Positions 22,965 to 34,200 of a stretch of 64,000 bases of DNA are shown piece after piece (position 1 is the first letter of the stretch; each line of letters opens with the position of its first letter). Position numbers and translations under genes: made by a program. Source of the DNA: Strigamia acuminata (lineage: Eukaryota); contig OX442314.1 in NCBI GenBank assembly GCA_949358305.1, positions 3,100,001 to 3,164,000 on the forward strand. The letters are read 5' to 3'. The notes under the pieces are model-generated. The model did no database searches, was not told where the DNA came from, and worked only from the letters and a program-made list of their open reading frames with translations.

Positions 22965-23715
22965 TGTGTTTTGAGAATGCTTGTCAAACAACACACACTG
23001 ATTCCCCCCAACAAAAACACTTTCAATACTGAATAATCACAACAAGGTGCAGTGTTGTGATGTTAATGCGCTCTTAAACTTATGTTAGTAATAATCCTAG
23101 CACAAACTAAGCTAAAAATGGAATAATATTGAAAATAAACATAATTTTTCAATAATGTGTTCGAAAATGGTGTCTTCGATATATTCCTAGTCGTATCGCT
23201 TGTTGTATCACACTTCACGTGTGTTTGCTTCTCTGTATTGACTTCCCTCGTCGATTCTCGTGTTGTATTGTCTTTTATCCGCAAAATATGCACCAATTGT
23301 CCGTCGTTTTCCAGTTCCCTTTAGTTTATTCGTCTCCTAAACCTCGATTCACACTTCACGTGTGGTTGGCGAGGATTTCCGCACTGTCGTTGATTCGTTT
23401 CCACGGCGTTTTCACGGCAAAAAATGACACGTCGACGATGCGTATCGCGCCTCGCGATATCGATATTATTGTCCGAAAATTGGAAAAATAAACTCGTAAA
23501 TAAATAGTTTGGTATTTTTCGAACCCAATTAGTGTTGCTCCTTCGCTTGATGGCTGTTTTTCACTTCGCATTCACGGATATCTCGGCTCAAACATAAGCT
23601 GGCTGCTTCCTCAATGGGCGCCGCCATCTTGGATGGAAAGGATGAATTTTCCCTCACGACCTCCAAATGACAGCTGACCTGTAAGAACCGCTCCAGATGT
23701 TTTTCCAACGATATT

Positions 23716-23729
23716 CTGGCCCATAACCT
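23716..23729 (-). promoter_or_regulatory. Copia B PBS, internal (half) tRNA-iMet type
   Basis: AGGTTATGGGCCAG, near-identical to the Drosophila copia PBS GGTTATGGGCCCAG. Confidence 0.8.
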
Positions 23730-24651
23730 TGTTAATTTGTGGTCCAATGTAGTGTGGATTAACTCATTCAGCAGTGGTATGAAAAACATCTATTGTGAAA
23801 GCAAGCACAAACACCATCTTCACCTGGTTGAAGAGAAACATCAAGTGTGATTTATTGTCCAGTCATGTGACTGGGAGAAAGTAAACAACGCCCCCTTTGG
23901 GCAGAATACATAAGTTATTTGTGACAAATACTGCAGCCAATCGTGCAGCTAAGATAGTGTACAAATTAACAAGTATACAATCTAAAGAACAACATCGCTT
24001 GATGATACGAAATAATACAGACAGTTATAACACATAAAAGCCTAACAAAGCGCAATTCGGCTTCGAAAAACCGAATTCTTCTTGAGTAAATCGAGGCTCT
24101 TCACTTAAAGCGTTGAAAACGACGTAACAATCAAAAATCGGCGATACTACATGCACGCCGGGGTGCATGAAGCGAGAATCGTCTCGTTTCTCGTTGTAAA
24201 ACGTCTCGTCGACGTTGTCGCAAAAGAAAATCGTCGAAATTCTGAAAAATACAAAAATTCGCCTCGAAATTTGCGAGACCGCACAATTTCGGACGAAATT
24301 AGCCGGAAAATCACGTGAAGTGCAGCGCAAGTTGCTTGTGAACGCCGGTGGCACGTTGTCGACGTTCAAATCACGGGAATGCAGCTTTGAAAATGGCGAG
24401 AAACCTGAAAATATAAATTCGCACGAAAATTCGCGAAACTCGCGGAATTTTCGGCGATAAATGGTGAAAACAATTGGTGTACAACGTCGTCGTGACGTTG
24501 CATGAATCCAGGGTTGATTCGGCGGTGTGAAACGTCCCGAAAATAGCAAAAATCGTCGCGAACACCTGAAAATACCGAAATGGCCGCGAAAATCGCGAAA
24601 AAACGCGAATTTTCTGCAGCGGTTAGTGGAAAATAAGCGTGCAAAGGATGA

Positions 24652-24670
24652 AAACCATCCTCTGCTACCA
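24652..24670 (-). promoter_or_regulatory. Copia A PBS (3' end of tRNA-iMet, 19 nt)
   Basis: The plus strand reads AAACCATCCTCTGCTACCA, the metazoan tRNA-iMet 3' end. Confidence 0.9.
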
Positions 24671-24672
24671 AT

Positions 24673-25218
24673 TGTAGGTCGGTAGCAGAGGAAAACGACC
24701 AAGAACCACTCGAAACGTCGAGTGAAACACGGCGAAAACGTCGCAAAGGCGTCGCACTACTCGTGCGAACGTGTGGGCGATGTCGACGACGGAAAACGAA
24801 TTGAACGGCCGCGCAAATGCGCTTATATGCCGTGAAATCAAGATACGAATGCTTAAAAGCATAAAACAAATTTACTAAAGCAAAAATACTTACAAATAAA
24901 GGGTTTACAGAGTGAAAATGGATGGGCGAGAGCCAAAACGATGGTCGCTGCCATCTTGGAAGGTGATGTAAACACTAACGACACCTGGTGTCGTGAATTG
25001 GCGTTACGGAATTGAGAAATTCCGTAAAGCTTAACAAAGCATTAAGACCTGCATGGTACCTCATGCAGAAACACAATAACATAATGTAAATATTTGGAAA
25101 TGACATACATAATTGAATATAATAAATATCGGAATAAATAAACGAATATAATAAAACAAAATATAATGTGATTCTATATCACATCGACACACATATCATT
25201 TGGTTCCTTAGACCAACA
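24673..25218 (-). repeat. Copia A 5' LTR
   Basis: Abuts the PBS. The outer end TGTTGGTCTAAGGAACCA resembles the Copia D LTR start, and the flank from 25219 resumes the CACTG element. The partner LTR is outside the window. Confidence 0.8.
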
Positions 25219-25704
25219 GTTTCATCAACACGAATTTTTCCGTCCCTGCGCCCTGATTGGCCCGATTTCATATTGTCCATGTCGGTTCGAAATTGGACCG
25301 TTTCATACATTATTTTCTCTTCTGAGTTCAAATTTGATACAATTTTATTGTTCCTGACTGTATTTTACCTTGTTCTTGTTACATTTCAGATATTTAAATG
25401 TTACATTTAAATTTCAGGTATTTTCTTGCTTTTACATTATTTTTACAATCATTGTGAAATGAAGTTTACAATACATTTCCATCCAAAAAAAAATTGATTG
25501 GAAACAACATTTCAAACAATAGAATTACAACTAATTGAAAATATGACTTTTCATCTCTAGGATTTACTACGCATTTTCAGAAGTTTGGAAATATATAAAT
25601 ATTTCCAACATATTTCCAACAAATTTCCGCATCATAGTAAATTCAACTTTTCCATATAAATTTTCAACTTGGAAATGTTTGGAAATATGCTTTTTTTTCC
25701 AGTG
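25219..25704. mobile_element. Right half of a CACTG-terminal non-autonomous DNA element (host of Copia A; itself inserted in BEL gag)
   Basis: Near-identical to 50435-50920 and ends TTTTTTCCAGTG. Confidence 0.88.
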
Positions 25705-26080
25705 TTTGAGCTGTCATGGCTGCCTCCAATTTTGCTTGTTGCGTGGCGGCCGTCTCGTTGTTGACGCGGTTATCTTCACTGCGTCGCTGCTCATCAATGG
25801 CTATGTTTAAATCTTCTATTTGTTCTATTAACCGCTCTTGGTATACATCTGCTTGTTCCATGTCGAACTCAGCCGCTTGTTCATCTTCAATCAGGCTGTA
25901 TATTTGATTGTCCAACATTTGCAATATTTCTTTTTTCGCCAAGAGTTGAGCTTTTTGCCTTTTTAGTTTTTGCACGTCAACTGGAACCAAAGCGAGCAGT
26001 CCACCCGTCTCATTTGTCAGTCTTGTGCAGGCGCCGCGCGCGGTTGTGCGCTGACGCTTTAACTTGTCAATATCGGCCAT
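25705..26080 (-). pseudogene. BEL/Pao-like gag N-terminus, truncated by the CACTG element
   Basis: MADIDKLKRQRTTARGACTRL...ILQMLDNQIYSLIEDEQ, a coiled-coil start typical of BEL gag, lying just downstream of a PBS. Confidence 0.65.
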
Positions 26081-26141
26081 ATTTCAACAAAAATTGTTCG
26101 ACTTACAGTTTTTTGTTCAATCTCCGGTTCAAACCAATGTG

Positions 26142-26157
26142 CCGGGTTTCGGCACCA
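26142..26157 (-). promoter_or_regulatory. BEL element PBS (tRNA-Phe); its LTR begins at 26159, outer end uncertain (possibly about 28943)
   Basis: TGGTGCCGAAACCCGG on the minus strand, next to the LTR boundary TG at 26159. Confidence 0.8.
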
Positions 26158-26437
26158 ATGTTAAATTCCTCTCGTAACACACTGCAGTCGAGTCCTTGTT
26201 GAAAAATTCGTATTGTTGTCGTACAAAAGAATCACCTTTTGTTGTATCCAAATCGTCCGGTTTGTTCGCAAAAAGAGTCGCCTTTTTGTAGTCTCAAAAT
26301 AGTTCGTATTTGCAGGTCAGTTTCCAACCAGTCTCGGTTGAAAAAGTGTAACAGTCCTTTAGATGTGAAGAAAACACACACACACTCAGGTTAAAGTAAA
26401 TGTTGCACACTGATTTTATTCTTGTTTCTACAGACTA

Positions 26438-26989
26438 CCGTATATCTGCAAATAGCACACCCGTGCGCTATTTGCCAAAATTTTTTTTTAACCGCGCGCT
26501 ATTAGAGGCCCGTGGGCTATTAGAAGCCCGCGGTTTATTTCAAATCTGAAAAATTGTAACGAAACGTATGGATGACAAATTGATTAAAAATTGTATTAAG
26601 TTTATTCTGAATCGATTAACATTTCCTCATTTTCCTCATTTTCCTCATCACCTTCTTCAACACGGAGACACACCGAATTTCTTTGCAGCCTTTTCGCCGG
26701 AATTCTCCTTGGCATACTGAATTGCTGCCAACTTAAAGCTGAGATCAAACGAACGTGGCATCTTGAAGCACAATACTACTCAATCCAAACTGTGCTACTT
26801 ATATACTGGTACCAACAATTGAAACGTTTCCGAGACATAACACCAATTATGGTACGTCTCGGAAACGTAACAATTTGCCCCGTGCGCTAAACAAGGTCCG
26901 CGCCTTATTTGTAAAAACGACTTTGACCCCGTGTATTACTTAAGGTCCGTGGGCTATTAAGGGCCCGTGTAGTAATCGACAATATACGG
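26438..26989 (-). mobile_element. pogo-like non-autonomous element with Brinker-type DNA-binding remnant
   Basis: CCGTATAT..ATATACGG termini and TA TSD. The minus strand from 26761 reads MPRSFDLSFKLAAIQYAKENSGEKAAKKFGVS. Confidence 0.8.
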
Positions 26990-26995
26990 TATATA

Positions 26996-28634
26996 CAACT
27001 ACATTTCAAAAGTTTAGAAAGTGAGTGAAAAATTCACTCACTTTGTGAATAACACCAAAAATATGACTTAGAAGTTAAGCAAAACCAATTTATATTATCA
27101 GATTTGAATGAAACAATTATTTTTCATCTAAAATAGCTTATAGTTACATATATTTAGTTATATAGTTTAGTTACAAATCGAGATTTTCAAAACCTCACTT
27201 GTGTCAAAAGTTTAGAAAGTTGAAAAAATCATTTCATAAGTTTAGAAAGTGCAACATAATTCCTTTATTTCGACTTGAAAACAGGACATTTTCATTTTTT
27301 TGTTTAGTATTTTGTTGGATGATTTCTGCATTGTATGCCCGCCTTCAATCTGCAAGGCATTGTAGACAATACAGTAGGGGGCAAAACAATTGCGACATGT
27401 TTAATCTCATGGCTGTATCTCGATAAATAAAGGAGGAAAACCAATGAAACTTTAACTGAATATTTGTCCAACATTCTGCTTTGTTCACCTAAAATTTTAT
27501 GACAATCTATTCATTAGTTCTAGAGAAAAAAATTATTTTATGAAGTGACTGCTCTGAAAAAATAGTTCAGTGTTGGTTTGGGGATGCGAAAGGTTGGAAA
27601 TCTCCAATCCATTGAAGAAATAATGGATACTAATGTTTACAGAGACAATTTAGAAAGAAATCTTGGGGAATAAAAAAATATTGGGGTTGGTTGTAGCAAC
27701 AGGATAACAACCAAAAACATACATTAAAATTTGCGTGAAAATATTTCACACAAAAAAAAATCAGACATCTTCAATGGCCTTCTCAGTTATTTGAAACTTA
27801 ATCCAATTGAACAGTTATGAGATGATTTCTTCATTTAAACCAAAAAGTTTCTTTAGAGTTGAGAAAAAAATGTTCCAAAGTTGAAATTAGCTTTGCTTGA
27901 TGTTTGGGTGTAAAGTGTGTCTAAAACAGTGCTACTAAAATTGCTTGAAAGTCTGGCTGAATAATTGAAAGCAATAGTACAAGCTAAAGGAGGGCAAACA
28001 AAGCATTAACAGACATTGTTATAAGGTTTCTCGATGGTTTTCAGAGTTTGTTAACTTAATTTTGCCTCTTAAATTTTAATGTCACTTCAGAAAATAATTT
28101 TTTTCTCTAGAACTAATGAATAGATTGTCATGAAATTTTAGGTGAACAAAGCAGAATGTTGGACAAATATTCAGTTAAAATTTCATTGGTTTTCCTCCTT
28201 TATTTATCGAGATACAGCCATGAGATTAAACATGTCGCAATTGTTTTGCCCCCTACTGTATTGTCTACAATGCCTTGCAGATTGAAGGCGGGCATACGAT
28301 GCAGAGATCATCCAACAAAATACTAAACAAAAAAATGAAAATGTCCTATTTTCAAGTCGAAATAAAGGAATTATGTTGCACTTTCTAAACTTATGAAATG
28401 ATTTTTTCAACTTTCTAAACTTTTGACACAAGTGAGGTTTTGAAAATCTCGATTTGTAACTAAACTATATAACTAAATATCTGTAACTATAAGCTATTTT
28501 AGATGAAAAATAATTGTTTTATTCAAATCTGATGGTATAAATTGGTTTTGCTTAACTTCTAAGTCATATTTTTGGTGTTATTCACAAAGTGAGTGAATTT
28601 TTCACTCACTTTCTAAACTTTTGAAATGTAGTTG
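26996..28634 (+). mobile_element. Tc1-like element with about 540-bp TIRs and a decayed transposase
   Basis: TA TSD, empty site at about 45910. Remnants SVLVWG, QQDNNQKHT, WPSQ..LNPIE and AKGGQTKH-stop at about 27565-28008. Confidence 0.88.
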
Positions 28635-29427
28635 TATCTAATCAAATGAGGTTAATTGGTTGTTCACCATTGGTGAAACAAAATACAAAGAAAATGAAAA
28701 ACAATAGTTTACAAAAACCCACATCTATTAATAGTAAGGTCAACTAGGGGTTCCAGGAAATCAACTGAGGTCAACTAGGGGTTCTAAGAAATCAACTGAG
28801 GTCAAACAACGACAATTTTTAGGCTAAAGTCAAAGTTCAACCACCTTAAGCAATCAACAAACTCTTTCTATTTTAAAACCCTAGTTTTCACATGCATTGA
28901 TAGAAAGGTAAAACAAGTAAATATAAAAAACAAAGTCAGAACACCAGTTGAAATTCTACTAGGGAACAGAGATAGAGGTAGAGATTTGCAAAGGTTCAAA
29001 ATTTAAATAATCGACTCTTTGCGAGTAAAAATTGACTTTTTGCGTGTAAAAATTGATTTTCTGCGTGTAAAAATTGACTTTTTGCGAGTAAAAATTGATT
29101 TTTTGCTTTTTGTGTGCTTAAAAATAAATACGGAGTACATTTTTAGATTAAAAATTTCAGTTTGTCTCAAAAACTCATTTTGACACTTAATTTCATAATT
29201 CAGTCTCAAAAAGTTATGCATTCTACAAAGAAGTGTGGTATTTGCATCATCAAGGCAGAATTCAAGACTGTCAGACGGCAAGAAATGAGACGTCCTTGGT
29301 GCCAATAACAGCTGCTGCAGCAAAAGCTTGTGGACTAGGACTACTATGTATTCTATGCAAGATTTTATTTTAAAATGTTACATCCCGATTGTCTTACACT
29401 GGAGATTTACAATTGTCTTCAATCTTA

Positions 29428-30112
29428 CAAGGGGAGAGCACCAATAAGCTATCACAGATTGTTATAATATTAAACAAGAAGGATTGTTATATCATGCTGA
29501 ATGAGACCCTAAAATAATTTTATTCCATAGACAGCCAACAATGCAAACAATGAGCTCAAAGTTGGCACTATTTTGTCTGTGTATACATCAAATCTGAGCA
29601 ATCAGGCCTAGTGTATGAATACTGTAAACAACAGTTGCTAGGTAAAAAATAGTCCCAAGATCCAAGTTCAATTTTATCATTTGAGATTCAATGATGTCAT
29701 TTCCTCTTTTGATATCACATGACATATGACATCAGAACTTTGTTCAACAACATGACTGTCTTCATGAAGACAATAATAGTTTGTAGTGGTGGTCCAGTGG
29801 TTCAGGCAATGGACTAGGAATCTTTCCACACAGGTTCAAATCCTGGTGTGTGTGAAAATTTTTTACTTTTATTTTTTATTTTTTTTTAGCAGTAATTTTA
29901 ATGTTTGTAATTTTATGTTTGTTAAAAAATTAAAATTAATTAATTAAAGTTTTCTAAAAACAAACAAAATAGTGCCAACTTTGAGCTCATTGTTTGCATT
30001 GTTGGCTGTCTATGGAATAAAATTATTTTAGGGTCTCATTCAGCATGATATAACAATCCTTCTTGTTTAATATTATAACAATCTGTGATAGCTTATTGGT
30101 GCTCTCCCCTTG
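29428..30112. mobile_element. MITE with about 150-bp TIRs and TTA TSD (Tourist/Harbinger-like)
   Basis: CAAGGGGAGAGC..GCTCTCCCCTTG flanked by TTA; empty site CAATCTTAGTAATG at about 53325. Confidence 0.88.
29783..29852 (+). pseudogene. tRNA-derived segment (Pol III A and B boxes) inside the TTA MITE
   Basis: TGGTCCAGTGG, and a CAGG-TTCAAAT-CCTG T-arm; no acceptor stem pairing. Confidence 0.55.
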
Positions 30113-30496
30113 TTAGTAATGAGCTTAGGTTTCAATTAAAACAACATCCTTAGCAATGTGTGTTCTTGCATGAAACTGATGCTCTGTTTATTCTCCAAAG
30201 ACAGATTAAGCCAGAGAAAATGTCAAATTTTCTTTCCAAGTTTTTTTTCTTTGTGTTTAGCACAAAGATGTCTTCAGTGGACAAAATAAATGTAAACGAG
30301 GAAGTACTACTGTCTGATATGTTTCATCTTGCAAGCAGAATTTTTTTTAGAAAGAATGTTTTTTCTTCTAAAATGGAAGTGAAAGGAATTCTGCCTCTCA
30401 TGTGAATTCTGCCTCTCATGTGAAATTCTCATGTTTATGAGTTTTTGACTTTCGACCTTATTCATATAAAAATTTAGAGTTTCCACCTTATTCATG

Positions 30497-31298
30497 AATC
30501 GGGGGTCGACCGACTCGAACCGGGGGTCGACCGACTCGAACCGGGGGTCGACCGACTCGAACCGGGGGTCGACCGACTCGAACCGGGGGTCGACCGACTC
30601 GAACCGGGGGTCGACCGACTCGAACCGGGGGTCGACCGACTCGAACCGGGGGTCGACCGACTCGAACCGGGGGTCGACCGACTCGAACCGGGGGTCGACC
30701 GACTCGAACCGGGGGTCGACCGACTCGAACCGGGGGTCGACCGACTCGAACCGGGGGTCGACCGACTCGAACCGGGGGTCGACCGACTCGAACCGGGGGT
30801 CGACCGACTCGAACCGGGGGTCGACCGACTCGAACCGGGGGTCGACCGACTCGAACCGGGGGTCGACCGACTCGAACCGGGGGTCGACCGACTCGAACCG
30901 GTGGTCGACCGACTCGAACCGGGGGTCGACCGACTAGAACCGGGGGTCGACCGACTCGAATCGGGGGTCGACCGACTCGAACCGGGGGTCGACCGACTCG
31001 AACCGGGGGTCGACCGACTCGAACCGGGGCTCGACCGACTCGAACCGGGGGTCGACCGACTCGAACCGGGGGTCGACCGACTCGAATCGGGGGTCGACCG
31101 ACTCGAACCGGGGGTCGACCGACTCGAACCGGGGGTCGACCGACTCGAACCGGGGGTCGACCGACTCGAACCGGGGGTCGACCGACTCGAATCGGGGGTC
31201 GACCGACTCGAACCGGGGGTCGACCGACTCGAACCGGGGGTCGACCGACTCGAACCGGGGGTCGACCGACTCGAACCGGGGGTCGACCGACTCGAACC
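30497..31298. repeat. 21-bp CpG-rich satellite GAACCGGGGGTCGACCGACTC, about 38 units (array split by Copia D)
   Basis: Direct reading; 4 CpG per unit. Confidence 0.97.
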
Positions 31299-34200
31299 TG
31301 TAGGTCTAAAGACCACTGATTTTATCGATATTAAGTATTTACAGCTCTCTTATATCATAATTATCAATCAAACGATTGCTTTTGTTATTATTCGACATTT
31401 CTGTTCAATTTGATGCTGTCACGTATGTAATTCCATACAATTCTCTTATTTATGATATGATTTGTTCTTTTGTTGACCGATATTGTCAATTACTGGCACC
31501 AGGGTGCCATATGTATTAACTTTACTTATCCAACATGGCGCTACACACGGGCGTCTGTAGCTCAACTTCTTTATCCAGTTATGGACTCAAATGTAATGTA
31601 TTTTCCAATATTAAATTGTTTTTATTATTTTAATTCATTGTGTCCACTTTAAAGCACATTAGGTGCTATTAGTTTGCGCATATAAGCGGCAATTTCCGCG
31701 CGCCCGTATCGCATTCAAACGACACGTCGTCGTTACGTCCGTGCGAGTAGCACGGCCCCGTTTCTCCACGCTTCCCGGCGATATATCGCCGATATTTTGC
31801 GCACAACTCTGCTACATTGGTAGCAGAGGATGGTTGCTACTTGTTACGAATTATTTCCGCCTAATTATCGACGCAGTTCGCGCGAAATTCGCGAATTTGC
31901 GGCGACATTTATATTTTCAGATCGCGTCCGCCATTTTGGATCCGATTTTCGTCTCGACGACGTCGCCGACGTCCCACAGACGTTCTGTAGAAGTCCGTGC
32001 TGCTTCCCACTCAATTCTGCGTCTAATTTCGATCAAAATTCCGCGGTCTCGCGAATTTTGTGTCGAATTTTCTTTTTATTTTCAGTTTTTGACGATTTGC
32101 GATTCGACAACGTCGAAACAACCATTTTCACCGAGAAACGAGACGATTCTCGCTGTGTCATACCCCGGTGTATGCACAGTATCGACAATTTTGATTTATT
32201 TACGTCGATTTTGCACTTTTCTTGCGAAGAGCCTCATTTTATGAGAAGAATTTGGACTTTCGAGTCCAAATTGCGCTTTTTCTCCGGTTTTTTCGAGAGA
32301 AACCGCGCCGTGCCCTCATTTGCACGAGGACTGCAGCCGCAGTTGATTCATCTATTTCTCCTATTTTCGCAATTACCTTTGTTAATATTAAGTGGGGATT
32401 TTGGTGGGTCATTTAGAATCCTTGGTGCCCTACGCTCGATTCCGAGCACCGCGCCATTGTATTCCGTGATAAGGCTGAGCCCTGCGCCACCTGACACTCC
32501 CGCGATCCTAGGTGATCACAAAGGACGTCAGGGGGACACTTATCACGGGTTATCAGGCAATTGTAGCATTGCCTCCCAACTCTGGTCTTTCCGCCTCGAA
32601 CCTCAAGTGCTAGTGAAGTGCGACAGTTCAGTGCTCCAATTCAGTGCCTTTCGCCTGTGCCATTCTCTGAGCCTTTGTGTTTTCTGCGTTGTGTTTTGTG
32701 CTTCGTCCAACGATGCAGAAAGCAGCCAATTCATCGGGCGGTCTAATTCCCGTCCTAGGAGTCAGGAATTATGAACAGTGGCAGAGAGCAATGCGTATGT
32801 TGCTCAAGTCCGAAGGCTTTTGGAGGCACGTGACTGAAGAAAAAGAAGCGGAACATCTCGCCACTTTAACGGTCAAGGAAACCGAAAGATATATGACTAA
32901 AAAGGAGAAGGCGCTCGGACATATATATATTTATGTTAGTGAAGGTAAACGTTCGGTTCTCGACAATTGTGATACGCCGAAACAGGCGTGGGACACGCTA
33001 GCCAAAATATATGCGCCAAGTTCCAGGGCACGTCAAGCGTCCATGCGCTGGGAGTTTTTGAGCTTGCATCTTGAGCCCAACGAGGACATGCCCGATTTCA
33101 TTGCCCGTGTTGACAACTACGCTCGTCAATTACGTGATGTCGGCGAAACTGTTACGGAAATTCATCAAGCGTACCAGTATTTGAAGTGTTTGCCGCCTGA
33201 GTACGCGCAAGCCACGTTCGCTATTTACCATTGGCCAGATCCTCAATTTACGCCCACTTTAGTAGCCGAACAATTAATTTCCGAACATCTACGCTTGAAA
33301 TCATCTGGATTACTTGGGACAGTTTCATCAACGGCTCACGCTTCAGCGAAGGGACAATTTCGACAGCGTAATAAATCTGGTCCTCGTGATTTATCAAACG
33401 TCAAATGTTTTAACTGCGACCAGTTGGGGCACTATGCCAATCGATGTCCGCTCCCACGCCGTCAAAGTCAGGGCCAACCAACGGCTTCATTTCAACGCAC
33501 GTCCCGTAGCAAGAGTCGCAGGCGTAATAAAAACGCTGCTACGAAATCTAACCCCAACCGACCACGCGAGAGTTCACATCCGCACCGAGAGGGGACATTT
33601 TTCGTCAATGCACCACAGGTCATTCATCCACCAGCTGTCCATTTCATGCAATCCAATGAATGGATAGTAGATTGTGGTGCAACGGACCATGTATCCCACG
33701 TACGCGCATGGTTTACCGATTTCACTGACGTCATTCCTTTCGACATCGAGTTGGGGCAGGGCAAGTCCCAAGTTACGGGCAAAGGAACAGTTCGACTTCT
33801 CACCGCAATTGACAAGGCCCGATGTGTTGTTAATTTAACGAATGTTCTCTACGCGCCGAATTTTGAAGCAAATTTGATTTCGGTTTCGAAGATTGATAAG
33901 ACTCGTCATCACACGCACATCTTTAACGGTGAAATTCACGTGTATCAAACGGACATTCGTAGCCCTCTGATTCGTGCGAAAGAAAGAGGTGGTCTATATT
34001 ACGTGGACGGCTTGTGTTCTACACCGACACTTGCGACGACAGTTTTTACGACAATTCCACCGACCACTCCACCGGTCCAAACATTTGTAACGACCGAAGA
34101 GGACTTTATTAAGATTCCGAAACAGAAGAAGGGGAACAGACCGATCACGGATTTTCGGATAGAGATGCCGATTGTTGAGAAGTTGAAGCAAACTCCCATC

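Larger units (their letters stand above)
11309..24047 (-). mobile_element. Copia B: MBD-bearing Ty1/Copia element inserted in the 5' UTR of Copia A
   Basis: 318-bp LTRs at 11309-11626 and 23730-24047 (identical by eye). 5-bp TSD AAGCG. PPT next to 11627. PBS at 23716-23729. Confidence 0.95.
350..25218 (-). mobile_element. Copia A: MBD-bearing Ty1/Copia element, fragmented by four nested insertions; 3' part outside window
   Basis: 5' LTR 24673-25218, tRNA-iMet PBS, gag-PR 9588-10825, IN 3035-4906, MBD and RT start 350-836. Removing the insertions and one TSD copy each restores the frame. The protein is collinear with Copia D. Confidence 0.92.

Noticed and set aside
29003..29323. Short ORFs duplicated in both segment copies (29003, 30160, 27199/28204)
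   Set aside because: Identical only because of duplication or TIR symmetry; low complexity and no coding signal
29783..29852. Functional tRNA gene (also 50207-50278)
   Set aside because: Acceptor and anticodon stems do not pair; kept only as tRNA-derived remnants
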